Part shown: positions 12,766 to 26,479 of the stretch, in pieces
Layout: every line of letters starts with the position of its first letter
Position numbering within the stretch: position 1 is the first letter of the stretch
Assembly: GCA_951406725.2 (NCBI GenBank)
Contig: OX597826.1
Coordinates: 36,580,001-36,644,000, forward strand
Source of the DNA: Octopus vulgaris
Taxonomy: Eukaryota
Length of the DNA: 64,000 nucleotides
Reading direction: 5' to 3'
Program-made: the position numbers and the translations under genes
Notes under the pieces: model-generated
The model's database searches: none
What the model was told of the DNA's origin: nothing
Seen by the model: the letters and a program-made list of their open reading frames with translations, nothing else

Positions 12766-13559
12766 CTACTAGAGGTGGTGATGGCGATGGTGATGGTGAT
12801 GGTGATGGTGATGGTAGTGACAACAGCAGCAGTAATGACAGTAGTACAGCAGTGGCAGCTGCAGTGGTGGCAGCAGCTGTGTTGGTGGCGGTAGTAGAAA
12901 TGATGATGATGATAAGTTCACTCTAAAATATAAACCAAGTGCCAAATCTGAAATAAAGGCCCAGAACTGGTGTTTTTGTTTTTATTCTAAATTCAAAATC
13001 AATTTCCAACAATGAATCAACAATTGGTAATTCTCTTTCAACATGTTTTATAACAATTCCAAGGAGCAGCAATTCCATGTTCTATCAGACTACAAAAAAA
13101 ACAACCAAAAAAAAACCCCCATATTGTGCCATCAACCTCTATTTCACCTTTTAAAAAAAATGGTGTAGTTGAGTTCATCTGTCCTTTGATGTTGCTATGG
13201 CTGTTGTTGCTATTGGTGTTGTTGTTGTAATTGCAATTTTGTTGTCTGTGTTTCAAGCTTCTTTTTTGTGTTGTTGTTGTTTTTGTTCAATCTGTAGTCA
13301 TCGTTGCTATGGTTGCTGCTGTTTTTTCATTGCAAGCTTATCTTCATTTTTTTTTCTTTCCTGTCAATGTTGCAACTAGAATTTTTGTGTGGCCCCTAGA
13401 ATTTTTTATGTTATTGTTTTCCTATTAGTTGATTTGTATGTTTGGTTGTTTCTCAGCCCTGGAACTACCAAACATTTTGCAGGTTCAAATCACTGTTGTT
13501 CCCAGTAACATTATTTTTCTTCTTTGCTGCTCTCCAGTTTCCATAATCTGTTTAGTCAC

Positions 13560-13712
13560 ATCATCATCATCATCATCATTTAGCGTCCGCTTTCCATGCT
13601 GGCATGGGTTGGACGGTTCAACTGGGGTCTGGGAAGCCAGAAGGCTGCACCAGGCCCAGTCTGATCTGGCAATGTTTCTACGGCTGGATGCCCTTCCTAA
13701 CGCCAACCACTC
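13560..13712 (-). mobile_element. family D tail, young 5'-truncated copy
   Basis: Near-identical to the reverse complement of 55238-55388. Confidence 0.9.
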
Positions 13713-13759
13713 CACATCAACTCAACTATTCCAATTGATTTAATAGGGTGATTTAACCA

Positions 13760-13975
13760 ATCCTTTCTACAACTGGCACCAAGCCTGCAGTTCTTGGGAA
13801 GTGAGAGCTGGTCAATTACATCAACCCCAGTGCTTAACTGGTGCCTATTTTATCGACCCCAAAAGGAAGAAAGATAAAGTCAACCTAGGAAGAATTTAAA
13901 CCTAGAACTTAAAGACAGCTGAAATGATATGAAATATTTTGTCCAACATTCTAGGGATTCCACCATCTTGTCACT
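13760..13975 (-). mobile_element. family A SINE
   Basis: catcaaccccagtgcttaactggtgcctattttatcgaccccaaaagg core. Confidence 0.75.
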
Positions 13976-14187
13976 TTAGTGCCTTAAATAACAGTTCTAA
14001 ATACAATTTCATAAAGATCGGTTAACTTTACAATCTTCAGTTACTGAAGAATTTCTTACCACATTTGCAACTATAATATATTGATCCCCTTTTCTGATCA
14101 TGGTGAAATTCTTCTATGTGGTCATGTTGGAGCACTGCCTTAAATTGTGCAGACATGACAACTTTTTACATCCTTTATAACTGTCCA

Positions 14188-14325
14188 TTTCAAATTCCAC
14201 CAAGATTAACTTTGCTTTACATCATTTTGAGGTTGATAAATTAAGTGCCAGTTTCGTACTGGGGGTCAATCTAATCGACTGACCCCCTCCACCCAAATTC
14301 CTGGCCTTGTACCTAGAGTAGACAA
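14188..14325 (+). mobile_element. family A SINE, partial
   Basis: ttcaaattccacc...gataaattaagtgccagtttcgtactgggggtcaatctaatcgactg...cctagagtaga. Confidence 0.75.
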
Positions 14326-14344
14326 GTTTATAACTATCCATTGT

Positions 14345-15000
14345 GTTTAATTTATCTTGAATAGCTTACACAGTCATTGGAGTTTAAAACCTTTGCATTC
14401 ATAAATTTCATGAAGCCTAGCTCCTCAAGATTGGTGTCAAGGCAGTTAATCATGTCTACCCCAGTAATTACAGGTATAAATCTAAAGCTGTAGTCTGAGT
14501 AAAGTAATTTGATTTTCCATCAGGTAAGCATAGGTCTTTTCTTTTTCACTAAATTTTAACGTTACATTAACATTTTCTGCAAAGCTAATATCCAATATTG
14601 TGCCAAATGTCTTCCTCTGCTCTGCAGCATTATTTGTAATTTGGTTTGCTTTCACTTCTTTTGAAGTCTTAACTGGAACATTCCACCAATATTCTTCCAT
14701 ACTGTTGAGTATTCATGCCCTGCACATCTCAGTAATTTCTTCTGTTTATAATCTTAGGATCATCTTTTCCAATGATTTCATTCTACAGTCTTTTTCATAA
14801 GACTATATAATACCATGATTACATTCCAGGACAGCTTATGATGGAGGTGACATCCTCAGTGTTAATTTCACAGAATCTCGTTTGGTTGTGGTATCCATGT
14901 GGCTAAGCTATATCCCTGTGTTTTGTGCATCTGGTGGTTTGTTGTTATTTCTTGCTCTTTCGAAGTCAGACCTAATATCCGAGTTGTTAGATTAAAATAG
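14345..15000 (-). pseudogene. R4/Dong-like (restriction-like endonuclease) non-LTR retrotransposon, C-terminal remnant
   Basis: Frameshifted pieces in the expected order: KEQEITTN; RFCEINTEDVTSIISCPGM (decayed CCHC knuckle); EYWWNVPVKTS...ILDISFAENVNVTLKFSEKEKTY (REL domain region); DYSFRFIPVITG...LDTNLEELGF. Confidence 0.7.
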
Positions 15001-16069
15001 ACACCATTTGCATATGCTTTGCGTATGTACCTATGTATGCATCTGTTTGCGTGTATGTATGCATATACCTTCATGTCAGTGTATATATATATATATATAT
15101 ATATATCCATTATTTGCAGTTTAACAAAGCTACCAATGGTTTCATGCACAGAGATCTTCACAACTTTTCAAGCATGCCACATGAAAATATTGATACTCAT
15201 CTCTATTTTGGATGTGAATACATACACAAGTATGCGTGTGTGTGTATGTTTGTGTGTGTGTGTGTTTCTTTGGGGGTTTTCGAGTACTTCTTTTATGAAA
15301 TTCAAACAAGTCACTAAGAAAACAATAAGGGAATTTGTTTAAATAAAATGCAGCTTCAAAAATTTGATGATCATCTGAATTGCTTGATGTGTATATATAT
15401 GTATGAGTAGGTTAATTTACACATATATAGTCGGTGTGTAATAATCAGGGGCACATATAATGGGTGTGCATGTCACTTCAGTGTGCACATGCTTATAATT
15501 CATTGCTTTACACGTGTGTGTGTATGTGTGTGTGTATGCGTGTGTGTGTGGGCATTCTATAAGTTCATGTAATTAAATGTGTTCATCCCAGGAACCTCAA
15601 ATGGGGAATCCCTAGAATGTTTTTACAGATTTTCATTGTAACATTAATCAATTGTATTTGAAGAATGAAATGAGTTACCTTTGTTACTTTCTATTTTAGA
15701 TAAGCCCAACACATTTTGATATTTACACAAATCTGTTGTACTGTATGCCACTGTATCTATAACAACAGGTACAAATAAAAATGTATAGCTTGGTTATAAG
15801 AGTTGCAAATCTCTCTTTCATTTTCCAAAGATGTCCTCCTTTCCTCCAACTTTTGAAATGACATTCACATCTACTGGGCAGCTGATATCTACAACAGAGC
15901 ATCTCACATGTGTATATGTATGTACTGACATTGGTATAGACATATGCACGTATGTATATATTTCTCTAAGAATGACTCTGCAAGCCAAAACTCTCTTAGA
16001 ATGCACAATAAACATGGTTCACTGCTATCTAACTTAATATACTGTATATTTAACTGAATAAAATTAAGG

Positions 16070-16172
16070 TGTATGTATGTGTGGGTGTATACATATATAC
16101 ACACATAAATATATATTATATGTATTATATATAACATATAAATATGTATGGGTGTTTGTGTGTGTACATATA

Positions 16173-16208
<36 letters not shown>

Positions 16209-16267
16209 AATACATACATAATATACATTAATATATATATTATCAATTATATATATGGGTGTTTGTG

Positions 16268-16315
<48 letters not shown>

Positions 16316-16485
16316 CATACATAATATACATTGATATATATATTATCAATTATATGTATTATATATGGATAAATATGATATATAAATATGTACATTTGCG
16401 TGTGTGTGTGTATGTGTGTGTATATATAGATACATATACAGAAACATATGTGGTGGGTATGTATGCATATGTGCGTATATTATAT
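16070..16485. repeat. (TA)n/(TG)n compound microsatellite with an internal duplication of about 110 bp
   Basis: atgggtgtttgtgtgtgtacatata...aaatacatacataatatacatt occurs twice. Confidence 0.9.
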
Positions 16486-16903
16486 TAAGACATTAACTTT
16501 CTTTCATACAAGAATGTTTTTTTTTCAAATATACTGCACTTAAGGAGGTTCAGAGTGATGCTTCATCAACTGGAAAAAATGCGAAAGAATTTCAATTCAT
16601 CCAGAGTTGCTACAGTAAAGTTACATGGTGTAATCAGTCTGTGAAAAGTCATGGAATTAAAATTTTCCCAAATTCTATGAAAAGTTGTCACTATAGAATA
16701 ACTGAATGAATACTTTTTAGGGCATACCAAGGGCATTAAAATATAAATATTTTGTGAAATACATCAGAAATGTAATGTTGAGCTAAAAGATTATGAACGA
16801 ATGTGTTTAAGGAATATGGTTCAGTGAGATAGAATTTAAATGAATTAAGAAACATTTGAGATACATATATATATTTACATACATATATATATATATATAT
16901 ATA

Positions 16904-16986
<83 letters not shown>

Positions 16987-16987
<1 letters not shown>

Positions 16988-18413
16988 GCAGTTAACTATG
17001 GTGCTGCTACACCAGTCATTGGGTATCACTCCTTCGTGTATCACCTGGTTAACTATACAGGTGACTAGGCTATAGCCAACACTGCCAGATATTTTGAGCA
17101 TCTCTGCGGTGATTCCTGGTGGGCTGGGGGCTTTCCCTGTCTTCATACTCTTAATTGCTTTATCTACCAAGAACTGTCAATTCAGATAGCTCGTCCCTCT
17201 GTTGGGCTGACATTCGGCAGACTCTCTTTCTCCCATTCATTCTCTTTATTGATCAACTTTTAATAGTGGTGTCTCCAAACCTCTCTCTCTTTGCAGCCTT
17301 GTCTAGTGCAAGTGAACCATCATCCATGCGAACACATTTCTCTCCTATGACATCACGATTCTCTCTCAAACACTGTCTTGCAACACGAAATACCTCAAGT
17401 CTTTGGTCCTCACGGCACAGAACATTGGTAAATTTTTTCTTATTTGCTTCCCTTCTAGCTAAATAAACCTGTCTCCTAGCTTCCCTTCTGGCAGTCTGAT
17501 ACAATTCCTTTCTACCACCGTTCTTCCAGTCCTTCCAAGCCTGTTTCTTTTCTCTAATAGCCCTGTCAACAACATTGTTTCACCACCATGTTATTTTGGG
17601 TAGAGAGGGGACTTTGCACCATCTACAGATCTGGTCAGTGGCCCTCAGCAGATTGTCCCATAGAAACCTCCAGTTGTCTTCTACATTGTGTGAAGCTATA
17701 TCCCCAGCTATTTTGTCAAAGTAATATGGTTCTAAATCTCTGTCCATTGGCAGGATTTTTAAGCTTCAAGACCTTTCTCCTCCATGTTGGTCGTCTTCTG
17801 GGCATCCACTTAGCCTTGATCCTGAAGTCACTAACTACCAGTCTATGTTGTGGGGTACATTCTTCGCCAGGGAAGATTTTGGCATTTATAAGCAGCCATC
17901 TTTTCCTTTTTCTGGTGAGGATGTAGTCAATTTGGTTAGCGTGTCTGCCAGAATGGTAGGTGACTAAGTGACTGGCAGGTTTCCTCAAGTTAGTATTGCA
18001 AATCATAAGATCATTTGCATCGCAGAACTCAGCAGTTTGGTTCCCTCCTCATTGAGGGAACCAAAACTGTAGCCTGCTTGTACGCCATGGGAGCCCCCTG
18101 CATGTTGTCCAACATATCCATTGAAGTCACCAGCCACAAAGAGAAGATCCCTGTCATTCGTCAATGAGGTAGTCTGCAAGAGTATGTCATAAAAGCAGTC
18201 TTTCTGTCCATTAGATAGCCCCAGCTGAGGTATATAGGCCGAGATAATGGTTGCTAACCCGTGATGAAGCACTAATCTAATCTTAAGTATTCTGTTGCAT
18301 ACTCTGACTCCCTTGATTACCTTAACAACCCATTTCTCCACAAGAAGTATATCCACACCCCCGACTATATCAGTGTTCCCTACCCAGAAAATCTTGTACC
18401 TGTGTTCTTTGCC
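16987..18413 (-). pseudogene. RTE-clade LINE: APE endonuclease, linker and start of RT, disrupted
   Basis: IISAYIPQ, VAGDFNGYVG, NEEG, NQIDYIL, TPQHRLVVSDF (APE motifs); AIKSMKTGKAP...ITAEMLK...IPNDW (RT start); many stops and frameshifts. Confidence 0.92.
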
Positions 18414-18613
18414 CGGGAGTGGAGCATATTAGCTTCATTCCTTTCTAGCCTTCATATGTCTTCTGCATTCAGGGCCCACATCTCACTACCATGTAGCATT
18501 GCTGTTCATATACATGCATCATACAATCTTCCTTTCACTCAGAGAGGGAGAAAACTTTGGTTACCAACTGAAGTAAACATTTTCTGAATTCCCTCCATCT
18601 TGTTCTTATTCTA
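18414..18613 (-). mobile_element. RTE-clade LINE ORF C-terminal fragment
   Basis: ...KGRLYDACI*TAMLHGSEMWALNAEDI*RLERNEANML, homologous to 34434-34613. Confidence 0.85.
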
Positions 18614-18769
18614 TTGAGGTGTTGCTCAGATTACAACCTAATTATTCTATTTTGCCATGCTATATACATTTTTGTATTTCATTTATACTTTTCCCATTCT
18701 TTGGCATCACGTCACCTTTAACTCCTAATTGTGTTACTTGTTCCTCTTATTTACTATTTAGTTATACAA

Positions 18770-18960
18770 GGTAATTTCTACTCTTCTCTGGAAGCAATCT
18801 GTTCGTGATACCAGAGGGCGCACACTCTCCTACCCTGATGTAATCTCCAGGGATACAGGCATCCAGCAACAGGCCCTCCGTAATGCTATGATGGACCATG
18901 AAGTCTGGCGTAACATATTAAATTCCATTGTCTCGACCACAGTCAAACAATGATGATGAT
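18770..18960 (+). mobile_element. 3' end of a LINE (RTE-like) with (TGA)n tail
   Basis: RDTRGRTLSYPDVISRDTGIQQQALRNAMMDHEVWRNI ending in caatgatgatgat. Confidence 0.7.
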
Positions 18961-19544
18961 AAACCCAAAACTTCCTCATAAACAATCTTAAGTATTTTAC
19001 CAAAAGGAGCTTAAATAAAAATGTCATGTGAACTCCCTACTCTTGTTCATGTAATATACAGTTACCCATAAGAGAAAAACAATATTCTTTGAGTTGTAAC
19101 TCAATAATAGATCAAATTTGTTCCTGACATTTATTTAAAGACATAACAAAAGTTGAGTTTTAATAGAACTTGTAGACCTTTGAATACAAAAGCTATTCAT
19201 ATATCAAGCAAAATTAAGAATATTTAGGATACAAATGCCTCTCCTCCCATAAAAAAATTCGTTAAGATAATAACCTGGCTAATACGAGGTATTACTACAA
19301 ATACATTGTAAGGATGGGTCTCTTATATTATTCAGTAATTTGTGTCTTTTTTAAAGCAAGAGTGACACAGTTCTGAACATGCTGTTACCATCATCCATGA
19401 ATTTATAAAATAGATAAGTCAACAGGATTTTGCTCAAATAGTTTTCAGTGAATCTCATAAGGTACTTCAGTTTAAATTTTAGATGGATCCTTTCTAAGGA
19501 GAACTGTGACAATTATAACAGCAAGGACTGATGAGAGTCTAATG

Positions 19545-19889
19545 CAGTGGTTCTCAATCGGGTTCCGTATGACCCCTGAGGGTCCATATAAGATTGGGGG
19601 GGGGGGGGTTCCATGCATCATAATATTAAATTGGGATTCACGATAATATTTTAAAGGCCTCTGAAAATCTATGCTTTAGATGTATGTAATGGTATGTATT
19701 GCAGGAAATAGGTTTCTTTAACATTTTTCAAGTTCAACCTACACAAGTGAATGTGTGAAAAGCAAAATAGGAATTTTGAAAGAAGTTTCTGTAAAACTAG
19801 TTTTTAAACATTGAATGGCTATGGGGGTCCATCGGAATAAAATAGCAATGAAAGGGGGTTCATCAATGAAAAATGGTCGAGAAACCCTG
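19545..19889. mobile_element. hAT (Charlie-type) non-autonomous element / MITE
   Basis: Termini cagtggttctcaatc ... ggtcgagaaaccctg; decayed 8-bp flanks gtctaatg / gtttaaaa. Confidence 0.7.
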
Positions 19890-20442
19890 GTTTAAAAAAT
19901 ACCAATTTCCTCTTTAGAAATCTGTTTTGCTAACTTTGGGGTGACTAGCTGACTACAATTTTATAAGTAGTTTGGGAGAAATTAATGTTTTCAGTTAATT
20001 TGATAAGGCATTTCACCTTCAGTGTTTATTTTAGGTGGTCTTCTTCATGAAACACAGGTGAGAAATCTCTAAATATTTAAGAAATGAAAACGTTGGGTCT
20101 GACCATAAATGGAAAAAAAAGGAATGCTTCAAGTATTTCTGGATAATTTTGGTTTAAATGCAAAAAAATATGCAGGTGTATGTGTGTATGTGTGAGTGTG
20201 TGTGTGTGTGTGTATGCGTGTGTGTTTGTGCTTGTGTGTGTGTAAGAGAGAGAAAGGGAGAGAGAGAGAGAGATAGCAAGAGGTGGGAGTGAAAGACAGA
20301 GAAGAATGGGTGACAATGGGTTGAAATAAGAAAATAGAAAAGAATATGAAAGAGAGAGAGAAAGAGAGGGAGAAAGCAGCAGAAAGAGTTTAACTTAATC
20401 TTAAATGTGTGTGTGTGTTGCCATAACTGTATGTGTGTGCAT

Positions 20443-20622
20443 GCTGTTGTTTAGCACTACAACAGACATGATCTATAACCAAAACAAATCAAAAACTATC
20501 CACCTAGTAACGTATTCTTTGCTTTCTTTCTTATGTAATGTTTCCTTCAATGCTTAAAGATAGCAGTGTGACATTGAGGAATATTTGGTTGTTATTTCTA
20601 ACAGGTCAAGTAACAACTTACA
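20443..20622 (-). mobile_element. family E repeat
   Basis: Reverse complement ctgttagaaataacaaccaaat...gctaaacaacag matches 1262-1455. Confidence 0.5.
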
Positions 20623-21218
20623 AATTTCCTCATTGCGCTTTCCTTTTTTTTGCCATTTTCTTTACGTTTTCTTTTTTTCTCCTGTCTATATTCCTCCAAT
20701 CAGCTCTAAATCATTCTGACGATGTTTGTTAACCAGAATTAGATAAATACAAATTTACTTCACAAATAACAAACCGAAACAGCTGTAAATTTTTTTTTTT
20801 AAACTACAATTAAACTATGACCTTTTAATACCAATGAGCAACTGCTAATTGTTAAGTGTTGCTCCATTTCTTTTCTTGTCTGAATATATTAATATGCATA
20901 CACATATACACACACACACATGCACACACACATGCACACACACACATTTATATTATTGTTTTGTTTAGTTATCATCGGCTATTGTGTTAGCTTAGTCTTT
21001 GAGTAGTTGCGTGTATGTGTGAGTGTGTGTGGTGGGAGTGAGTGAGTACATGTGTGAGTATGCTAAAGAGAGAAAAGCAAGAGGTGAAGAAGAGAGATAT
21101 AGTAAGGATAACCTATGCACACATGAAGATTTGTGTGTCTGTTTATGCATACAGGTGTGTGTGTGTGTGTGAGTAACAGAATGAAGAATGCATCACTCTG
21201 AGTGACATCTGTATTGAA

Positions 21219-21420
21219 GTTACCATCCCTCTACCACCTCACCAAGCTACACTTCACACCAGACCTCAACTTCCATTCTTTTATCACTCTACCATCCCTC
21301 TACCACTTCGCTTAGCTATACTTCACATCAGGTCTCCTCTCACATCCCTTATCCAGTTACCATCCCTCTACCACTTCACTTAACTATCCACCTCATACCA
21401 ATTCTCTTACTCCTTTCTCT
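21219..21420. repeat. tandem repeat of about 69 bp, 3 units
   Basis: taccatccctctaccac at 21221, 21290, 21358. Confidence 0.85.
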
Positions 21421-21467
21421 TCTTACTCTTCACCCACCCATTGTAATTTTTTTAATTTTAAGATAAA

Positions 21468-21552
21468 TATTCTTTTCTACTCTAGGCACAAGGCATGAAA
21501 TTTTGGGGGAGGGGACCTTTCAATTAGATCAACCCCAGTATGCAACTGGTAC
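21468..21552 (-). mobile_element. family A SINE 3' fragment
   Basis: tattcttttctactctaggcacaagg...aaccccagtatgcaactggtac. Confidence 0.75.
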
Positions 21553-21958
21553 ATATGTGTGTGTGTGTGTGTGTGTGTATGTGTGTGTAACTGATGTTTG
21601 CATACATGTAAGTATGGATACAAGCATGTCTTTATAAATTGCTGGCTTTTATCAGCATGAAACTTTGGGTTCTGGTAAGATGATAAACTTCATTTTACAG
21701 GAATTGTTTATCCACTTTCCCATTGTTGACTTCTTGTTCTTCCAGTTTGTCATTAATACACACACACACATACACAGAAACACTGAGAGTGAGAGAGACA
21801 AAGAGGGAGGAGAGAAAGAGGGAGAGAGAGAGAGAGAGTAGGAGGTGTATATAAAAAGTACTTTGAAATGAATATAACAACCGATATTCATGTTAATGAT
21901 AAATTTATTACAAAATAGCCACTAATATCCGCAAGGAAAGTAGACATAGAAAACAAAA

Positions 21959-22185
21959 GGTGGTGGTGGTGGTGGTGGTGGTGGTGGTGGTTTTGGCTTG
22001 GTGGTGGTAGCCATGATGATGGTGGTGGTGCTGGTGGCAATGTTGATGTTGGTGGGGTGTGTTGGTGGTGGTGCAATGATGATGATAATGTTAATGATGA
22101 GAATGATGATGATGATGAGGATGAGGGGAGGGGTGATGATGATAATGATGGCGATGACAATAACAATGACAATGATGATGATAAT
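21959..22185. repeat. (GGT)n/(GAT)n microsatellite
   Basis: Direct reading. Confidence 0.9.
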
Positions 22186-22359
22186 ACAAAGACAGCTGTC
22201 TACTCTGTGAGAGTTTTTCTAAATCTAAAACGTGATTTATACGTGTGTTCATATATGCATGCATGTGTGTGTGTGTGACAGTCAAGATGTCATGCTGCAA
22301 GGAAGAAGAAAGACAAGTTTATAAAGCAAATAGAGAACGACAGAATAACAAAACAAATA

Positions 22360-22393
<34 letters not shown>

Positions 22394-22769
22394 AGAGAGA
22401 GAGAGAGGAGGGGAATGGACACAGACACTATGGTGGATGTTGCCATCAATATTACATCATTCAACTAAATAAACGAATAAAATTAATTATTAAAAAAATA
22501 ACAAACCAATAACAACGTGTTTAGATATATTGTGGACATGTAAGGCAGTTTTTATTTGGTTTAGCTAAAGACATATAAAGCTTTAACTGTAATAAATATG
22601 AGACTAATACTTAAATAACTTGGACACAACATACACAACATATGCTAGGCAACAGCACATGGTGTTGACATTTATCCCTTGTTTACATTTTGCTTCATGA
22701 ACACACGGACAAATAAATGATACGTGTGTACACATAACTGGGTACACACATACTTTACTGGCTCACACA

Positions 22770-22833
22770 CACACTCATATATATATATATACAATGATCA
22801 TAACACACACAGATATATACATATCCACATATA

Positions 22834-22914
<81 letters not shown>

Positions 22915-23086
22915 TTATATTTATATATATGTATGTATATATATATTTATATTTATATATATGTATGAATATATATATTTATATTTATATATATGCATGT
23001 ATATATACATACATATTTATATGTGTATGTGTGCATACATGGATATATATATATTGATAGACAGAAATATTGACAATCTCTCCTCT

Positions 23087-23136
<50 letters not shown>

Positions 23137-23500
23137 ATGTGTGCATGTGTCTGTGTACATTTGGGGGTGAGAAAGATATTGTACATACAGCCATTTTCTC
23201 ATTTATCTTCATAAACATACATTTGTATATATATGTATATACATATATGTATATACATATATGTATATGTGTGTGTATATATATACATACACACATACAT
23301 GTATTTACACATATAACTCATACATGCGTTACTATGTATTTGTGCAAATATAAACACACACACTCACATATTCATATGTGTGTGTGTTTGTGTATGTGTG
23401 TATTATACATATGTGTATTACATATACTTGTATACATGTGTGTGTGTATGTATGTATATATATATAGTTCTATAAAGATATACACCCACACATACACTTA
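22770..23500. repeat. (TA)n/(TG)n compound microsatellite field
   Basis: Direct reading. Confidence 0.9.
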
Positions 23501-24429
23501 TATGAACACAGAAATTAATCCATCTGTATGTAATAAGTTTACTAAAATGTTTTGCTTACAGTTATTTTCTACTTGACATTATCATCTGAAGAGACCAGAC
23601 TACTTCAACATAGTAACAACAACAACACCTTCAACACCCCAACAATGATATTTGATTGTCTTCAGACTGTCTATGTTATGTCTCCGCCAAAACACCATCA
23701 CATTTTATTACATCTTCTGTCCTTAAACTCTCTGTGTTTTGTCTACCAAATGTCTATACATTCTCTCATAATTTTTGTCCTCCAAACTGATTCTATTATC
23801 GCCTGTAACATATATGTATTCTGATATTTATTGCTCCTAACTCTCTGCCTCATCTCTCCTTATACCACCAATTCTTTGATAATGTTTTCAAACATTCTGT
23901 ATTCTTTTCTCATATTCTAACGTACTCGTAGTCCCCAAGCTATCTGCCTTATTCACCTTGCAACACCCTTAACATGATAGTGTTTTCCACTGACCCCTAC
24001 AGATTCCTTCTTATTTATTGTCTTCAAGCTCTGTGCCTTATTCTCCCATGGATTACTGCTGATTCTATGATATCTAATGATCATCTGACTAATGATGCTA
24101 CATGATCCAATACCAAGCTCCTTAATCAGCTCCTTGAAATAGACAGTGATAAGGAAATGCCACAGTTATAATTACCTTAATTAGATGGTTTGTTGTTAAT
24201 TTTCACAATTGTTATGATCTTTGCTGTAAACTTTCAATGTAAGTTACCAATTTATTTGCAGGAACATTAGCGAGTATGAGAAAATGGAGAATTTAGTGCA
24301 TACAGAACTTTGCTGATATGGAACCATTCATGGTTATACGTAAAGATAAGAAGATATTAAACAGCCAAATACATCTGAAAGGGAAAAACAAAAGTGTAGG
24401 GTGTTTAGAACTGTAGAATTATTGCAGGA

Positions 24430-24768
24430 ATAATCCTTTCTATTATAGGCTCAAGGCCTGAAATTTAGGTGGGGGGGGACAGTCGATCACATCAACCCCA
24501 GTACTTGAGTGGTACTTAATTTATCGATCCCAAAAGGACGAAAGGCAGTCCTCCTTTCTGCTATAAGCAAAAACACTTGAAATGTTGTGGGGGTAGGGAG
24601 GCTAGTTGATTACATCAACCCCAGTACACAACTGGTATTTATTTCTTCAAACCCGAAAGGATGAAAGGCAAACTCGACCTTGATGGAATTAGAACTCAGA
24701 ATGTACAGATAGATGGAAAGCGACAAAGCTTTTTGTCTCATGTGCTATCATTTCTGCCAGCTCACCAT
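24430..24768 (-). mobile_element. two adjacent family A SINEs (24430-24548 truncated; 24552-24768 near full length)
   Basis: catcaaccccagta...tggta...aaagga(c/t)gaaaggca core occurs twice; followed by (GAT)n 24771-24868. Confidence 0.8.
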
Positions 24769-24770
24769 CT

Positions 24771-24843
<73 letters not shown>

Positions 24844-26384
24844 AATGATGACGACGATGATGATGTTGACTAAAAAGGAAAAATAAATAAACATTGCATT
24901 TCATATTCACCAAACCTATTGGCATTCATGAATTCCATGTGAAATCTTAACCATTGTTATTTTCGTTGTCGTTGTTGTTGTTGTTGTTGTTTGATTATGA
25001 TTGGTGTTGTTACTGATCTTGTACATGTTCATCTTATTTGTTCATATTGTTGATGTTATTGTTTTTATTGTTTCTGGAATTATTATTTCTAATTTTTCTT
25101 TTATAATGCTTTTGCTATAATTCCTATTGTTGTTGTTGTTATGATACTGCTTTTTTCAAATTTTTTTGCCTCATCCCATCCCACCCCACCCCTCCCCGTA
25201 TCTTTGGCTTTCATTTGCTTTTTAGATAAATCGGCATTTAGCAGAGAAGTCAATATGTAATAGGAGATTGAATTAAAGTTCAGAAGATTTATTTCGAAGA
25301 CAACACCACACGCAAATAAATGTGATTCTGAAAACAATAGATTTTTCAGGAAAAATGCCAAACACGAAGCAAACCTCTTTATTGGGTTTAGAAAACAGTT
25401 CAAATATGGAAATATTGGATTCCTATCCTATTTTATACCACTTTTTGTTTTTTTTATATTACTGCTGTTGTTTTTACAAGGGATGTAATTTTTGTTCAAT
25501 ATAGTTAAGCATTGGAAACATAACAAAACACAACATAAGCCATGAAAAACACACATATATGTATATCTACATGTGCGTGTGCATGTGTGTGTGCATGTGT
25601 GTGTGTGTGCGTGTGTGAGTGTGTGTGTGCGTGTGTGTGTGTGTGTGTAAAAGAAAAAATTGGCGAACAGATAAATTACAGTTTTGATTTATTTTGAGTT
25701 TTAAAAAGATATTTGTAGGTTTTGTGAGACATTTCCCAGTTAGACCCTAGCATTATGTTGATTTTTCTTTGATAAAAGCAACATTTGAAGTGAGAAAATT
25801 TATAGCTAGAATTATACCGAAATCGTGGCTTTAATTGAAAATTATTTATCAACAAATTTGTTTTATCGTTTTTGATTCCTTAAAGATTTCATATTCTGCA
25901 GATATCGTTTGCTTTGTTACATGGAATCTTCCTTAACATACAAAGGGACAAGAAAGCTCTGAAACTCTACCAAAGAACTAAAAAGAAATCTTTTATTTAT
26001 TTTTTTATTCTTGCTGCTGTGCAAAAATTGTTGCTGTAAACAACTGAGATTTTGGTATAACATCATCATCATTATCATCATCATCATCGTCATCATTGTT
26101 TTTATCTTTGTCCTCATCATCACCATCACTATCATCCTCATCCTCATCATCACCATCATCATCGTCGTCGCCATCATCAATTTACATATGCTTTCCACAC
26201 AAGAGTGTATTAGATACTTCATCAGATACTAATGGGAGGACCACATCTTGGTTCAAGTGAAATGGTTTGGCCTTATTCCTATGGCTGGATGACTTTCTAA
26301 TATGACTCACTTTACTCAGTGCACTTGCTGCTTTCATGATTCCAGGACTAACATTTCGGCTAATCCATCACTTTTTAAAACAAG

Positions 26385-26411
26385 TATAATAATAATAATA
26401 ATAACAATAAC

Positions 26412-26479
<68 letters not shown>

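Noticed and set aside
23640-24110. Possible very old LINE remnant (also 49580-50170)
   Set aside because: Only vague peptide resemblance; could not assign motifs reliably
24250-24345. Possible exon after the ttatttgcag acceptor
   Set aside because: Stops in all three frames and no good donor
26175-26230. Minus-strand CUGAUGA...GAAA
   Set aside because: No stem I pairing and stem II not adjacent to the core; lies in a decayed family D tail
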